64,000 bases of DNA from Candidatus Norongarragalinales archaeon. Its GTDB lineage: Archaea > Micrarchaeota > Micrarchaeia > Norongarragalinales > Norongarragalinaceae. The notes under the pieces were generated by a model, which was not told the DNA's origin, did no database searches, and worked only from the letters and a program-made list of their open reading frames with translations. The stretch is taken from positions 153,792-217,791 of the forward strand of contig JAWABJ010000001.1 in assembly GCA_038884755.1 (NCBI GenBank), given 5' to 3'. Position 1 is the stretch's first letter, and every line of letters begins with the position of its first letter. Shown piece after piece: positions 1-10,277 of the stretch. The translations under genes were made by a program, and so were the position numbers.

Positions 1-752
1 AACCTGTACGTGAGGCACTCCAAGAGCGTTGCGCCTTCGCCTTTGCGAGCCCTTTCCACGGCTTGTTTTGTTGCGCTATAAACTGCAAGCACGTCGTTTC
101 CGTCGACTTGCATTCCTTCGATTCCGAACGCGATTGCTTTCTGCGCGAGTGTTTTCGACGCGGTTTGCAGCCGCAGCGGGACGGAAATGGCGTAGTAGTT
201 GTTTTGGCAAAGGAAAACCGTGGGGGTTTTGAATACGCCTGCAAAGTTGAACGCTTCGAGCGCGTCGCCTTCGCTCGTAGCCCCGTCTCCGAAGAAAGGC
301 ATTGTCACGCCTTTCTTTCCGGTGTTTTTGAACGCCAAGCCCATTCCCGCCGCGTGAATCAAGTGCGTTGCGATCGCAATCGTTAGGGGGTAAATGTTTT
401 TTTCTGTGCGTAGCCCTTCCTCGCTTCCCATCCAGTACAAAAACATGTTTTCCAGGGGCATTCCCGCGCAGATCATCGCAGCGTGTTCTCGGTAAGTGGG
501 GAAAATCCAGTCTACGCTCGTGTCCAAGGCAAAAACGCTTCCCACTTGCGAGGCTTCCTGCCCTTCCATTTGCGCGACCGTAAAGCTCCTCCCTTGGCGC
601 TGCAAATTGAACGCCTTCTTGTCGAACGCGCGCGCCAAAGCCATTTTCTCGTACATTTGCTTGAGCGTGTCGTTGGAAAGCTTGGGCTCTAGCGAAGCGT
701 CGGCGTTGCCGTCCACGTCGACTATCTCGAGCTTTTTGATTTCAAAATTCAT
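1..752 (-). CDS. pdhA: Pyruvate/2-oxoacid dehydrogenase E1 alpha subunit (runs off the window start)
   Basis: Manual translation from ATG at 752: MNFEIKKLEIVD...LQRQGRSFTVAQMEGQEASQVG...PTYREH...FFGDGATSEGD...QNNYYAIS (TPP-binding GDG-x-NN motif)...VDGNDVLAVY. Directly downstream of lipA. Not in the ORF track. Confidence 0.9.
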   Translation of the reverse strand, partial: MNFEIKKLEIVDVDGNADASLEPKLSNDTLKQMYEKMALARAFDKKAFNLQRQGRSFTVAQMEGQEASQVGSVFALDTSVDWIFPTYREHAAMICAGMPLENMFLYWMGSEEGLRTEKNIYPLTIAIATHLIHAAGMGLAFKNTGKKGVTMPFFGDGATSEGDALEAFNFAGVFKTPTVFLCQNNYYAISVPLRLQTASKTLAQKAIAFGIEGMQVDGNDVLAVYSATKQAVERARKGEGATLLECLTYR

Positions 753-759
753 TTTCGTT

Positions 760-1662
760 TCAGGCACTTGCTACCACCATTTGTTTTTCTTTCAACGCTT
801 TCACGAACAATTCTCCTGCCTTGTAAGAACTGCGTACGAACGGTCCTGACGCACAATAGAGAAAGCCTTTTTCCAGCGCTTTTGTCTTGAACCAGCCGAA
901 TTTTTCTGGCGCGACGTATTCGAAAACCGGAAGCTCGCGTTCTGTCGGGCGCAAGTATTGGCCGAAAGTGATGAAATCGCATTTTACGCTTCGCAAGTCG
1001 TCCATCGTTTTCAGCACGCTTTCGTCCTGCTCTCCCATTCCCAGCATTATCGAGCTTTTCGTGAATATGGTCGAATCCATTTTCTTCACGTTTTCCAGCA
1101 CGCCGAGGGACTGGGCGTAGCCGGCGCGCATGTCGCGCGCCACGCGCTGTAGTTCTTCGACCGTTTCAACGTTGTGCGCGATGACGTCCGGCTTTGCTTC
1201 GACAATCGTTTTCAGGCACTGTTCGTCGCCGCGGAAATCCGGAATCAGCACTTCAACCAAGACGCCTTCACAGTGCTTGCGTATTGCACGAATGCATTTG
1301 GCGAAATGCTCGGCCCCTTGGTCCGGCAGGTCATCACGGTCCACGCTTGTTATGACGACGTAGTCCAAACCCCACTTGCGTACTGCTGAAGCTATTTTCC
1401 AAGGTTCGAGGACGTCGATAGGCTGTCCTTCGATTCCTTTGCCCACGCTGCAGAAATGGCATCCTCTGGTGCATATGCTTCCTAAAACCATGAACGTTGC
1501 AGTTCCCGAGCTCCAGCACTCGCTCGCGTTGGGGCAGTGTGCTTCTTCGCACACTGTAACCAAGCCCAATTGCCTCAGCGTGGCTTTTACGCCTTCAAAA
1601 TTTTCTTTTGGAGGGCGTATTTTCAGCCACGAGGGCTTTTGTTCCGCGTAGTGGGTTTGCAT
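760..1662 (-). CDS. lipA: Lipoyl synthase (radical SAM)
   Basis: CEEAHCPNASEC (CX4CX5C), CTRGCHFC (CX3CX2C) and C-terminal RSSY motif. Confidence 0.97.
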   Translation of the reverse strand: MQTHYAEQKPSWLKIRPPKENFEGVKATLRQLGLVTVCEEAHCPNASECWSSGTATFMVLGSICTRGCHFCSVGKGIEGQPIDVLEPWKIASAVRKWGLDYVVITSVDRDDLPDQGAEHFAKCIRAIRKHCEGVLVEVLIPDFRGDEQCLKTIVEAKPDVIAHNVETVEELQRVARDMRAGYAQSLGVLENVKKMDSTIFTKSSIMLGMGEQDESVLKTMDDLRSVKCDFITFGQYLRPTERELPVFEYVAPEKFGWFKTKALEKGFLYCASGPFVRSSYKAGELFVKALKEKQMVVASA

Positions 1663-1772
1663 ATCCTTTCTTTCAGTCGAACAAATCTTTTAACTGTTTT
1701 CGGCATCGCCAATTGTCGTTCGTTTCACTATGCTTTTATTCAAGCGCAAGCCGAATTTTTACGCTGTTGGAA

Positions 1773-1922
1773 ATGGATTTCACGAAAATAATGGAGTGGG
1801 ACGAACTGCGCATAGTGTTGGGAGTTTTGCTAATGCTTTTCGGCCAGTTCGACATCGGGTTTTGGGTCGCGATTTTGGGTTTGTTCATGTTTCTCACTAC
1901 CGAAGGCTACTTGAGCTTTTAA
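1773..1922 (+). CDS. Small membrane protein (~49 aa)
   Basis: MDFTKIMEWDELRIVLGVLLMLFGQFDIGFWVAILGLFMFL: two short hydrophobic segments. Start reassigned to the ATG at 1773. Confidence 0.55.
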   Translation: MDFTKIMEWDELRIVLGVLLMLFGQFDIGFWVAILGLFMFLTTEGYLSF

Positions 1923-1972
1923 AACTCCAGCGGTTTTTTAAACCGCCTTTCTTTAAGAGTAGGGAGGGTGTT

Positions 1973-2329
1973 TTGTCGTTGGTTCATTTGGAAGCAGCAG
2001 ATGCTTTAATCCAGGAAGTGAGCCTGGTTTTGAGTGCGGTCGTGCTGGTGTTTTGGGTTTCGTATTCGCTCATGCTGTACCACCAGTTGAAGCGAGGCAC
2101 GGTGCGGAAGGACTGGTGGCTGTCCATGGTGTTCTACATAGGCATAGGCCTGCTCGTGCTCGCGAATTTGCTTCTGGCTTTCAGCCAGCTTTACCACACG
2201 CCCATAGGCGAGCGCGTTTCCATCGCGGTGAACATGGTTTCCATGGTGGTTTTCATCTTCGCTTTCTATTTGCGAATGAAGTCTTCGCTGGAAAACCACT
2301 ATTCCCCTTCCTCGAAAAAGCGCAGGTAG
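1973..2329 (+). CDS. Membrane protein, about 3 TM helices
   Basis: Hydrophobic ORF; GGAGGG RBS-like sequence before TTG at 1973; basic C-terminal tail. Confidence 0.7.
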   Translation: MSLVHLEAADALIQEVSLVLSAVVLVFWVSYSLMLYHQLKRGTVRKDWWLSMVFYIGIGLLVLANLLLAFSQLYHTPIGERVSIAVNMVSMVVFIFAFYLRMKSSLENHYSPSSKKRR

Positions 2330-2468
2330 GTTTAAAGTTTGCGGCGCCGAAATAAGCTTCGGAATTGGATGGGGGAGCGCAAGGGCAGTGCCTTTAACAA
2401 AGGTTTTTAAAGCAGTTTTGGCTTTATTATAAAGTCGAGTGTTTAGAGTATTCTCTTTAGGTTTTGGG

Positions 2469-2696
2469 ATGGATTCTGCCTTCACCCACTATTTGGTTCC
2501 AAAAATGGAGAAGATTGGCGACAAGGAACTAGCAGAGCTTTTGCAAAAGATGCATTGCACGAAGGAAGACTTGCCTTTGATAAACTTTTCAGACTCGGGT
2601 TTGAAGGGATTGGAAGTCAGCGCGGGGGACGTCGTGAAAATAACCCGCGACGAGAAGAAGAAGGAATTCTACTACCGCCTGGTAGTCGAAGATTGA
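2469..2696 (+). CDS. rpo5: DNA-directed RNA polymerase subunit H (Rpo5)
   Basis: HYLVPK...LPLI...GDVVKITR...YYRLV; first gene of the RNAP operon. Confidence 0.93.
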   Translation: MDSAFTHYLVPKMEKIGDKELAELLQKMHCTKEDLPLINFSDSGLKGLEVSAGDVVKITRDEKKKEFYYRLVVED

Positions 2697-2766
2697 AACT
2701 GCGTTTGCAGAGCATTGGCGCGTTCGGCCGCACAGGCCGCGTGCGTGAATAAGGGGTTGCCTGGGT

Positions 2767-4233
2767 ATGTTCAAGCAAGTTTCAAGCGCGTTTTTGAAGG
2801 AAAACACTATCGTAGACCAGCACATCGAGTCTTTCAACAACTTTGTCGAGAAAACGATGCAGGACATTGTCGACGCCCAGCGCGTTATCGAGCCGCAAGT
2901 CGAGGGGCTGAGCGTGAAGCTGGGCAAAATCCGCGCGGAAAAGCCCATGGTCGTGGAAGGAGACGGGTCGAGGAGGCCGTTGTACCCGCTCGAAGCGCGG
3001 CTGCGCGATTTGAACTATTCCGCGCCTTTGTTTTTGGAAATGACGCAAGTCGTAAAGGGAATAGAAAAGAGGACTGAAGACGTTTACGTGGGCGAGCTGC
3101 CCGTGATGCTCAAATCGAGGCTATGCTACCTGCACGGGCGCAACGCGAAGGAACTGCAGCAGATTGGCGAGGACTCGCAGGATGCGGGCGGCTATTTCGT
3201 GATAAACGGAACGGAAAAGACGCTGATGATTCTCGAGGATTTGGCGCCGAACCGCATTCTCGTTTCGAGGGAAAAGGAAACGGGTTTGGTTCAGGCGAAG
3301 ATTTTCTCGACGCGCTCCGGTTTCAGGGGGCGTTGCACGGTCGACAGGACGAAGGAAGGGCTGTTGGGCGTGACCATGCCTTCTTACAACAAGCCTTTGG
3401 AACTCGTGCTTTTGCTTAGGGCCTTGGGGCTCGTCGATTCCGAAAGGATTGTGGACGCGTTTTCTTCCGCTACCGAAGTGAAGAACGACATCCAGCTCAA
3501 CCTCGAGGACAGCGTTGAAATAAAGAGCAAGCGCGATGCGCTGGAAACGATCGGAAAGCGCGCCGCTCCCGGCCAGCCCGTCGACTATCAAATAAAGAGG
3601 GCCGAAGTTTTGATAGACCGTTATTTGCTGCCGCACATCGGCATTGAAGAGAAAAACCGCCTGGCGAAGGCTTTCTTCTTGTGCAGGATGGCCGAGCGCG
3701 CCATACTTGTTGCTTACAAAAAGCGTCCGGTTGACGACAAGGACCATTATTCCAACAAGCGTTTGAAGACTCCCGGAAAATTGATGGAGGAAGTGTTCCG
3801 CTACGCGTTCCAGTTTCTCGTGAAAGACGTTGCGTACCAAATGGAACGCGCTAACGTTCGAGGGCGCAGGATGACTATGTTTGCCATAGTGCGTCCGGAC
3901 GCGTTGAGCGACAGGATAAAATATTCGATGGCAACTGGCAACTGGGTGGGCGGCTATACAGGCGTGTCGCAGCCTTTGGACCGTTATAATTTCATTTCAG
4001 CCGCGGCTTTCTTGAAGAGAGTGACTTCGCCTTTGGCTAAAAAACATCCGCACTACAAGGCGCGCGACTTGCACGGCACGCACTGGGGGCGATTGGACCC
4101 GAACGAGACTCCTGAAGGCCCGAACTGCGGCTTGGTGCGCAACTTGTCCTTGTATTCGGAAATAACTGTTGGTGCGAAGACAGAGGAAGTGGAGAAAGTT
4201 TTGAGCAAGCTGGGAGTTTCGATGAACGTTTAA
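2767..4233 (+). CDS. rpo2N: RNA polymerase subunit B'' (Rpo2 N-terminal half)
   Basis: QHIESFNNF, PLEARLRDLNY, GGYFVINGTEK, ETPEGPNCGLV motifs; ends with a stop before B'. Confidence 0.97.
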   Translation: MFKQVSSAFLKENTIVDQHIESFNNFVEKTMQDIVDAQRVIEPQVEGLSVKLGKIRAEKPMVVEGDGSRRPLYPLEARLRDLNYSAPLFLEMTQVVKGIEKRTEDVYVGELPVMLKSRLCYLHGRNAKELQQIGEDSQDAGGYFVINGTEKTLMILEDLAPNRILVSREKETGLVQAKIFSTRSGFRGRCTVDRTKEGLLGVTMPSYNKPLELVLLLRALGLVDSERIVDAFSSATEVKNDIQLNLEDSVEIKSKRDALETIGKRAAPGQPVDYQIKRAEVLIDRYLLPHIGIEEKNRLAKAFFLCRMAERAILVAYKKRPVDDKDHYSNKRLKTPGKLMEEVFRYAFQFLVKDVAYQMERANVRGRRMTMFAIVRPDALSDRIKYSMATGNWVGGYTGVSQPLDRYNFISAAAFLKRVTSPLAKKHPHYKARDLHGTHWGRLDPNETPEGPNCGLVRNLSLYSEITVGAKTEEVEKVLSKLGVSMNV

Positions 4234-4242
4234 GGTGGAAAC

Positions 4243-6054
4243 ATGAAGCACGCTGGGGTTTTTGTCGACGGGAAGTTCGTGGGTTTCGCCGAGAACGGCG
4301 AGAAGCTCGCAAGGGAATTGCGGGAAATGCGCAGGGCCGGCGACGTGCACTCGCAAATCAACATCGCTTTTTATGCGAAAACCAACGAGGTTTTCATAAA
4401 CACCGACGAGGGCCGCGTGCGAAGGCCTTTGATCGTGGTGAAAAACGGAAAGCCGTTGCTTTCGAAAGAGCAGGCTGACAAGCTCGAGAAAGGCGAATTG
4501 CATTGGAAGAACCTGGTGGAACAGGGGCTGATCGAGTTTTTGGATGCTGAAGAGGAGGAGAACGCTTTCGTGGCGCTTAAGCCGGAAGACGTCACGCCCG
4601 ACCACACGCACTTGGAAATAGACCATTCTATGATTCTCGGCTTCGCTTCTTCGCAGCTTCCGTATCCCGAGTACAACATGGCGCCCAGGGTTTTGATGTC
4701 GGCGCAGCACGCGAAGCAGAGCTTGGGCCTTTATGCTTCCAACTTCAATTTGCGAAGCGATACGCGCGCGCACGTTTTGTTCTACCCGCAACAGCCGTTG
4801 CTGCAAACCAGCGCGTACCGCAACTTGCGCTTGAACAAGCGGGCTTCAGGCCAAAACCTCGTGGTCGCCGTCCTTTCCTACAAGGGCTTCAACATGAACG
4901 ACGCGGTGGTGTTGAACAAGACGAGCGTCGAGCGAGGCATAGGGCGCAGTGCTTTCATACGCACTTACGGCGCCGTCGAAAGGCGTTATCCAGGCGGGCA
5001 GAAGGATTCGTTCGGGATTCCCGAAGAGTACGTGCAGGGTTTCCTCGGGGAAGAGGCTTACGCTCATTTGGACGAAGACGGCTTTGCAGCGCCTGAAACT
5101 GTGGTCAAAGGCAACGCCGTTCTGGTTGGAAAGTCTTCGCCGCCCAGGTTTTTGAAGGAAATTTCGGCTTTGGAAATGGAGAGCGAACGCAGGCGGGAGT
5201 CGAGCGTAACCGTGCGGGGCAACGAAGAAGGCACTGTTGATGCGGTTATTCTGAGCGAAACGACTTCCGGGAACAAGATGGTCAAGATTCGCGTGCGCAA
5301 CACCAACATTCCTGAAGTGGGAGACAAGTTCGCTTCGCGCCACGGGCAAAAAGGCGTTGTTTCCATCCTCGTTCCGCAGGAAGACATGCCTGCCACGAAA
5401 GACGGGATTACTCCCGACTTGATAATCAACCCGCACGCAATTCCCGGCAGAATGACCGCCGGGCATTTGCTTGAAATGCTCGGGGGCAAGGCGAGCGCGT
5501 TGAAGGGAAGCATAGGTGACGCGACTGCGTTTTCCGGAGATAAGCAGGCGGATTTCGAGAAAGTCTTGCTGCAAAACGGTTTCGAGGCTGCGGGGCAGGA
5601 AGTGCTTTACGACGGCAAGACCGGCGAACGCCTGTACGCAAAGATTTTCATGGGAGTAATTTACTACCAACGCTTGCACCATCTGGTTTCCCTCAAGATG
5701 CACGCTCGCTCGCGCGGGCCGGTGCAAATGCTCACCCACCAGCCGACCGAAGGCCGCGCTCGCGAGGGCGGATTGCGTTTGGGTGAAATGGAAAGGGATT
5801 GTTTCATTGGTTACGGTGCAGCGTCGCTTTTGAAGGAAAGGATGATGGACTCGAGTGACAAGACTGTGGAGTTGGTGTGCGCGAATTGCGGTTCGCTGGC
5901 GTATACCGACAGGCAGAAGAACAAGAGCTATTGCGCGTTGTGCGAGAGCAGCGACATACAGCCTGTCGAAATGAGCTACGCGTTCAAGCTTTTGCTTGAT
6001 GAGATGAAGTCCATAGGAATATTTCCGAAACTGCGTCTTGGAGACCGGGCTTAA
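4243..6054 (+). CDS. rpo2C: RNA polymerase subunit B' (Rpo2 C-terminal half)
   Basis: GDKFASRHGQKG, NPHAIPGRMT, GGLRLGEMERDC, C-terminal Zn ribbon CANC..CALC. Confidence 0.97.
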   Translation: MKHAGVFVDGKFVGFAENGEKLARELREMRRAGDVHSQINIAFYAKTNEVFINTDEGRVRRPLIVVKNGKPLLSKEQADKLEKGELHWKNLVEQGLIEFLDAEEEENAFVALKPEDVTPDHTHLEIDHSMILGFASSQLPYPEYNMAPRVLMSAQHAKQSLGLYASNFNLRSDTRAHVLFYPQQPLLQTSAYRNLRLNKRASGQNLVVAVLSYKGFNMNDAVVLNKTSVERGIGRSAFIRTYGAVERRYPGGQKDSFGIPEEYVQGFLGEEAYAHLDEDGFAAPETVVKGNAVLVGKSSPPRFLKEISALEMESERRRESSVTVRGNEEGTVDAVILSETTSGNKMVKIRVRNTNIPEVGDKFASRHGQKGVVSILVPQEDMPATKDGITPDLIINPHAIPGRMTAGHLLEMLGGKASALKGSIGDATAFSGDKQADFEKVLLQNGFEAAGQEVLYDGKTGERLYAKIFMGVIYYQRLHHLVSLKMHARSRGPVQMLTHQPTEGRAREGGLRLGEMERDCFIGYGAASLLKERMMDSSDKTVELVCANCGSLAYTDRQKNKSYCALCESSDIQPVEMSYAFKLLLDEMKSIGIFPKLRLGDRA

Positions 6055-6064
6055 GGGTGGAAAA

Positions 6065-9000
6065 ATGAAGGTCGTAAAAGCAATTGGTTTTTCGATATAC
6101 TCGCCTGAGAACGTGCGTAAGATGAGCGCCGCGAAAATCACCGTTCCAGACACTTACGACGAGGACGGCTACCCCATCAGCGGGGGCCTGGCAGACCAGC
6201 GCTTGGGCGTTGTAGACCCCGGCTTGAAGTGCCGCACGTGCGGAGGAAGGATGAAAGACTGTCCCGGGCACTCGGGGCACATCGAGCTCGTGAGGCCGGT
6301 GATTCACGTCGGTTTCGCAAAGCTCATTTACAATTTGCTGAAAGCCACTTGCAGGAAATGCGGAAGGCTCATGCACTACGCTTCGCGCGTCGAGGAAGCC
6401 AAAAAATCGCTGGAATGCCCGCATTGTGGCGAGAAGCAGAGGAAAGTCAAGTTCGTAAAGCCCAGCGCTTTTTACGAGGAAGACCGCAAGCTCTTTCCCA
6501 ACGAAATCAGAGAGCGTTTGGAGCACATTCCTGACGATGACTTGCGCACGTTGGGCGTTGCAATTCGCCCCGAGTGGGCAGTGCTCACCGTTTTGATAGT
6601 CCCTCCAGTCACAGTCCGCCCTTCTATCACTCTCGAAACTGGGGAAAGGAGCGAGGACGATTTGACGCACAAGCTCGTGGACATTCTTCGAATCAACCAG
6701 CGTTTGGAAGAGAATATCGACGCGGGCGCGCCGCAGCTTATAATAGAAGACTTGTGGGAATTGCTGCAATACCACGTTACCACTTACTACGACAACGAGA
6801 CTTCCGGAATTCCTCCTGCGCGACACCGTTCGGGGCGCCAGCTTAAGACTTTGTTCCAGCGTTTGAAGGGCAAGGAAGGGCGCTTTCGCTACAATCTCAG
6901 CGGAAAGAGGGTAAACTTTTCGGCCCGCACCGTGATTTCTCCCGACCCAACGCTGGGAATAAACGAGTTGGGCGTGCCGATGGAAATTGCGAGAGAGCTT
7001 ACCGTTCCGGTCAGCGTGACGCAATGGAATTTGGAGAACGTGAAGGAAATGATTCGCGCTCGCGCCGAGGCCATAAATTACGTAATCCGCCCAGACGGGA
7101 AGAGGAAGAAAATCACTACCGCCAACATAGAAGAGGTTTTGACCGAGCTTACGCCGGGCTATACTGTGGAAAGGCAGCTGTTCGACGGCGACGTAGTGAT
7201 ATTCAACAGGCAGCCTTCCCTCCACCGCGTTTCGATGTTGTGCCATGAAGTCAAGGTTTTGCCTGGAAAAACGTTCCGCTTTAACGTCGCAAATTGCAAC
7301 CCGTACAATGCCGACTTCGACGGAGATGAAATGAACATTCACGTTCCGCAGACTGAAGAGGCGCAGGCTGAAGCCGAACTGCTGATGAAAGTTCAGGATA
7401 ACATCCTCTCGCCGCGCAACGGCTCTCCGCTTATCGCGCCCGACTTGGACCAAATCACGGGATTGTATTTGCTTTCGCTCGACGATTTCGTTGTTACTAA
7501 AAAGGAAGCTTGCAATTTGCTTAACGCAGCTGGAGTGGATGGCGCGTTGGAAAAAAGCTTGGTGAGCGGCAAGGAAATTTATTCCATGATATTGCCTGAA
7601 AAGTTCGACTTGGAGCTTGAAGGCAAGGGTGGAAACAAAGTCCGCATAAAGAACGGGAAGCTCACCGAAGGGTTTTTGGACGCGCACGCCAACCGCACCG
7701 TCGTGAGACGAATTTTCGACGAGTTTGGGAGTGAGGAAGCTCGAAAGTACGTTGACAAGGCGACCAAGCTTTCGGTCGAGCTTGCATACCGCTACGGGTT
7801 TTCGCTGAGCTTGAAGGACTATTACTTGCCCGAATCGGCGATTGCGGAAATAACCAAGCTTTACGACGAGGGCAGGCAGCGGCTCGTAGAGCTCGTGAGG
7901 AAATACAAGACCAGGAAGCTTGAACGGCTTCCGGGAAAGACGCTCAAGGAAACTCTCGAAGAGCAGGTAATGAACATCGTCGAACTCATACGCTTCCACT
8001 GCTGGACTATAGTCAAGGAAAAAATTTCTAAAACCGCCGTAGAAATTAACGGCAGGCAGTTCGAGCACAATTCTTCCCTGCTCATGGCACAGGCCGGGGT
8101 GAAGAACAAGCCCATCAACGTCGTGCAGATGACCGCGCTGGTGGGACAGCAGGCCGTCCGCGGAAAGAGGCCCGCCGCAGGATTCAAGAAAAGGCTTTTG
8201 CCGCACTTCAGGCGTGGCGATTTGGGCGACGCGGCGCGCGGTTTCGTCAAAAACAATTACAAGAGCGGGTTGAATGCCGTCGAGTATTTCTTCCACGCTG
8301 CGGGAGGAAGGGACAGCGTGGTCGACAAGGGAGTTAACCCGGCAAAGACTGGTTACATGCAACGCCGTCTCATTAATGCATTACAGGATTTGATCGTAAA
8401 GGAAGACGCGAGCGTCAGGGACAGCGAAGGAAAAATAGTACAGTTCAAGTACGGCGGGGACGGAATCGACCCTTCGACTGGAAAGCAAATCGCTTACGGC
8501 GAGCCTGTCGGGGTTATCGAGGCGCAGAGCATCGGCGAGCCCGGAACTCAAATGACTTTGCGCACTTTCCACTATGCCGGCGTAGCTTCGCTGGCGCAAT
8601 TCGGCTTCACGCGTTTGGTAGAGTTGGTGGACGCCCGCAAATCGCCGAAAAAGCCGGTCATGGAAATTTGCCTGAAGAAAAGCATTGCAGGCGATTTCGA
8701 GAAAGTCAAGACGATAGCTGCCAGCATCGAAAGCGTGGTTTTGGAGGACGTTGCGGAAACCAAGGAGAATTTCGACCGGAAGGCGATTACCATAACCCTC
8801 AACCCATTGCTGCTCAAGGACAAGGGAATCCGCGAAAAGGCGATTTTGGACGAGATTGGTAAAATAACCCCCAACTTCAAGCACGAAGGACACGAGATTG
8901 TGATTAAAACGAAGGAAGAGTCCCTCAAGGCCGTACGTAAGTTGACTCTACGCTTCAAGGAATTGCATTTGGGCGGAGTCAAGGGAATAAGGAAAGCGAT

Positions 9001-9472
9001 TATCGTGGAAAAGAAGACCGAAGGCGGGAAGGAGTACACCATCGCAACCGAAGGCTCTAATCTCGAAGACATTCTCAAGCTGGAAGAAATAGACTCTCAC
9101 CGCACGAGCACGAACGACATCATGGAAATAGGGCGCGTTCTCGGGATAGAAGCGGCGCGAAACGCGATTATCCAGGAAATAAAGAAAGTGTTGGACACGC
9201 AGGACTTGACTGTCGACGAAAGGCACATAATGCTCATCGCCGACGCCATGACTTTCTTGGGCGGAGTGAAGAGCGTTGGAAGGCACGGGCTTGCAGGGCA
9301 AAAGAAAAGCGTGCTTGCGCGCGCGGCGTTCGAAGAGACCGCAAAGCATTTGCTGAACGCATGCATTTACGGAGAGGAAGACCCGCTGAAAGGCATAGCG
9401 GAAAACATCATCATCGGGCAAACAATCCCTGCTGGAACCGGCACAGTGCAACTGGAAATGAAGCTCGAGTGA
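6065..9472 (+). CDS. rpo1: RNA polymerase largest subunit, fused A'+A'' (Rpo1N-Rpo1C in one ORF)
   Basis: CPGHSGHIEL, NADFDGD catalytic motif, TGYMQRRL (A'), continuing in frame to AQSIGEPGTQMTL and ARAAFE (A''). Confidence 0.96.
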   Translation: MKVVKAIGFSIYSPENVRKMSAAKITVPDTYDEDGYPISGGLADQRLGVVDPGLKCRTCGGRMKDCPGHSGHIELVRPVIHVGFAKLIYNLLKATCRKCGRLMHYASRVEEAKKSLECPHCGEKQRKVKFVKPSAFYEEDRKLFPNEIRERLEHIPDDDLRTLGVAIRPEWAVLTVLIVPPVTVRPSITLETGERSEDDLTHKLVDILRINQRLEENIDAGAPQLIIEDLWELLQYHVTTYYDNETSGIPPARHRSGRQLKTLFQRLKGKEGRFRYNLSGKRVNFSARTVISPDPTLGINELGVPMEIARELTVPVSVTQWNLENVKEMIRARAEAINYVIRPDGKRKKITTANIEEVLTELTPGYTVERQLFDGDVVIFNRQPSLHRVSMLCHEVKVLPGKTFRFNVANCNPYNADFDGDEMNIHVPQTEEAQAEAELLMKVQDNILSPRNGSPLIAPDLDQITGLYLLSLDDFVVTKKEACNLLNAAGVDGALEKSLVSGKEIYSMILPEKFDLELEGKGGNKVRIKNGKLTEGFLDAHANRTVVRRIFDEFGSEEARKYVDKATKLSVELAYRYGFSLSLKDYYLPESAIAEITKLYDEGRQRLVELVRKYKTRKLERLPGKTLKETLEEQVMNIVELIRFHCWTIVKEKISKTAVEINGRQFEHNSSLLMAQAGVKNKPINVVQMTALVGQQAVRGKRPAAGFKKRLLPHFRRGDLGDAARGFVKNNYKSGLNAVEYFFHAAGGRDSVVDKGVNPAKTGYMQRRLINALQDLIVKEDASVRDSEGKIVQFKYGGDGIDPSTGKQIAYGEPVGVIEAQSIGEPGTQMTLRTFHYAGVASLAQFGFTRLVELVDARKSPKKPVMEICLKKSIAGDFEKVKTIAASIESVVLEDVAETKENFDRKAITITLNPLLLKDKGIREKAILDEIGKITPNFKHEGHEIVIKTKEESLKAVRKLTLRFKELHLGGVKGIRKAIIVEKKTEGGKEYTIATEGSNLEDILKLEEIDSHRTSTNDIMEIGRVLGIEAARNAIIQEIKKVLDTQDLTVDERHIMLIADAMTFLGGVKSVGRHGLAGQKKSVLARAAFEETAKHLLNACIYGEEDPLKGIAENIIIGQTIPAGTGTVQLEMKLE

Positions 9473-9563
9473 CGAGATTCATTTTTGCCTTCTCTTCTTG
9501 GTTTATGCGAAAAAGTTAATGACCTTTCAGCAAAGGGTTTAGTGTTCGCTGGGAGGGTGTTGC

Positions 9564-9986
9564 ATGAACCTGTTTTCTTTTTTGGTTGCTTTCGTTTTGC
9601 TTGTTTCCGCTTCGCTGGTTTTCTCTTCGGATGGGGAAACGGGTGAAGCAGGGGTTACCCCTGTTCGGCTTCCGGATTACGTGGTCTGGCCTTTCAGGGC
9701 GGACAAGTTCGGAGACGGCGTAAGGGTTCAAGCCGTTACGCTCAACCACGGGCAAGGAGATGCGAAGCCGCACGAGAGTTCTTTCACGCGCATAATTGCA
9801 AACTCGAACGCAACGGATTTTCCAGTTACGCCTCTCAGGCGCGGGCAGCCTTCTAGTCTCCACGTCGTAGATTTCAAGTGCAAGAAAGGAAACAATGTTT
9901 TCATCACTGCGATAGCCGATTTCTACGGAAGCGTGGAAGAGTCGGACGAAACGAACAACGCCGTTTCCACGAGAGTAGTGTGCTGA
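9564..9986 (+). CDS. Secreted small protein, CARDB-like Ig domain
   Basis: Signal peptide; PDYVV near the start of the mature part and ADFYGSVEESDETNN near the end, typical of CARDB domains. Confidence 0.65.
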   Translation: MNLFSFLVAFVLLVSASLVFSSDGETGEAGVTPVRLPDYVVWPFRADKFGDGVRVQAVTLNHGQGDAKPHESSFTRIIANSNATDFPVTPLRRGQPSSLHVVDFKCKKGNNVFITAIADFYGSVEESDETNNAVSTRVVC

Positions 9987-10083
9987 GATGCTTTTGCGCA
10001 ACGCGCCCGCGAGAATAGTTTCGTTTAAATACCGCTTGTTTTAATGTTATGAAACAGTTTTTTAGAGAGGAGGGGATGCGTAG

Positions 10084-10269
10084 ATGGCTATGGCGGCGAA
10101 TTGCGTGTGCGGAATGCACGCGTGCGGAAAGTGTAGTCCAATGCTTTTGCTGTTCGGGATTTTGTTCCTTATAGCGAGCTTGGGAGTTTACACGGCTTCT
10201 TGGTTCAACGGCTGGACCATTCTCGGCGTGTTCTTCGTCCTTTGGGGCGGCATGTCGATGATGAAGTAA
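10084..10269 (+). CDS. Small 2-TM membrane protein with N-terminal Cys/His cluster
   Basis: GAGGAGGGG RBS; MAMAANCVCGMHACGKC followed by two hydrophobic helices. Confidence 0.7.
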   Translation: MAMAANCVCGMHACGKCSPMLLLFGILFLIASLGVYTASWFNGWTILGVFFVLWGGMSMMK

Positions 10270-10277
10270 GTTTCAAC

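Noticed and set aside
5984..8362. Long antisense ORFs (792 aa here; also 4846-6153, 29115-30236, 47413-48552, 60237-61553)
   Set aside because: Shadow frames opposite well-conserved or clearly coding genes, with no recognisable motifs.
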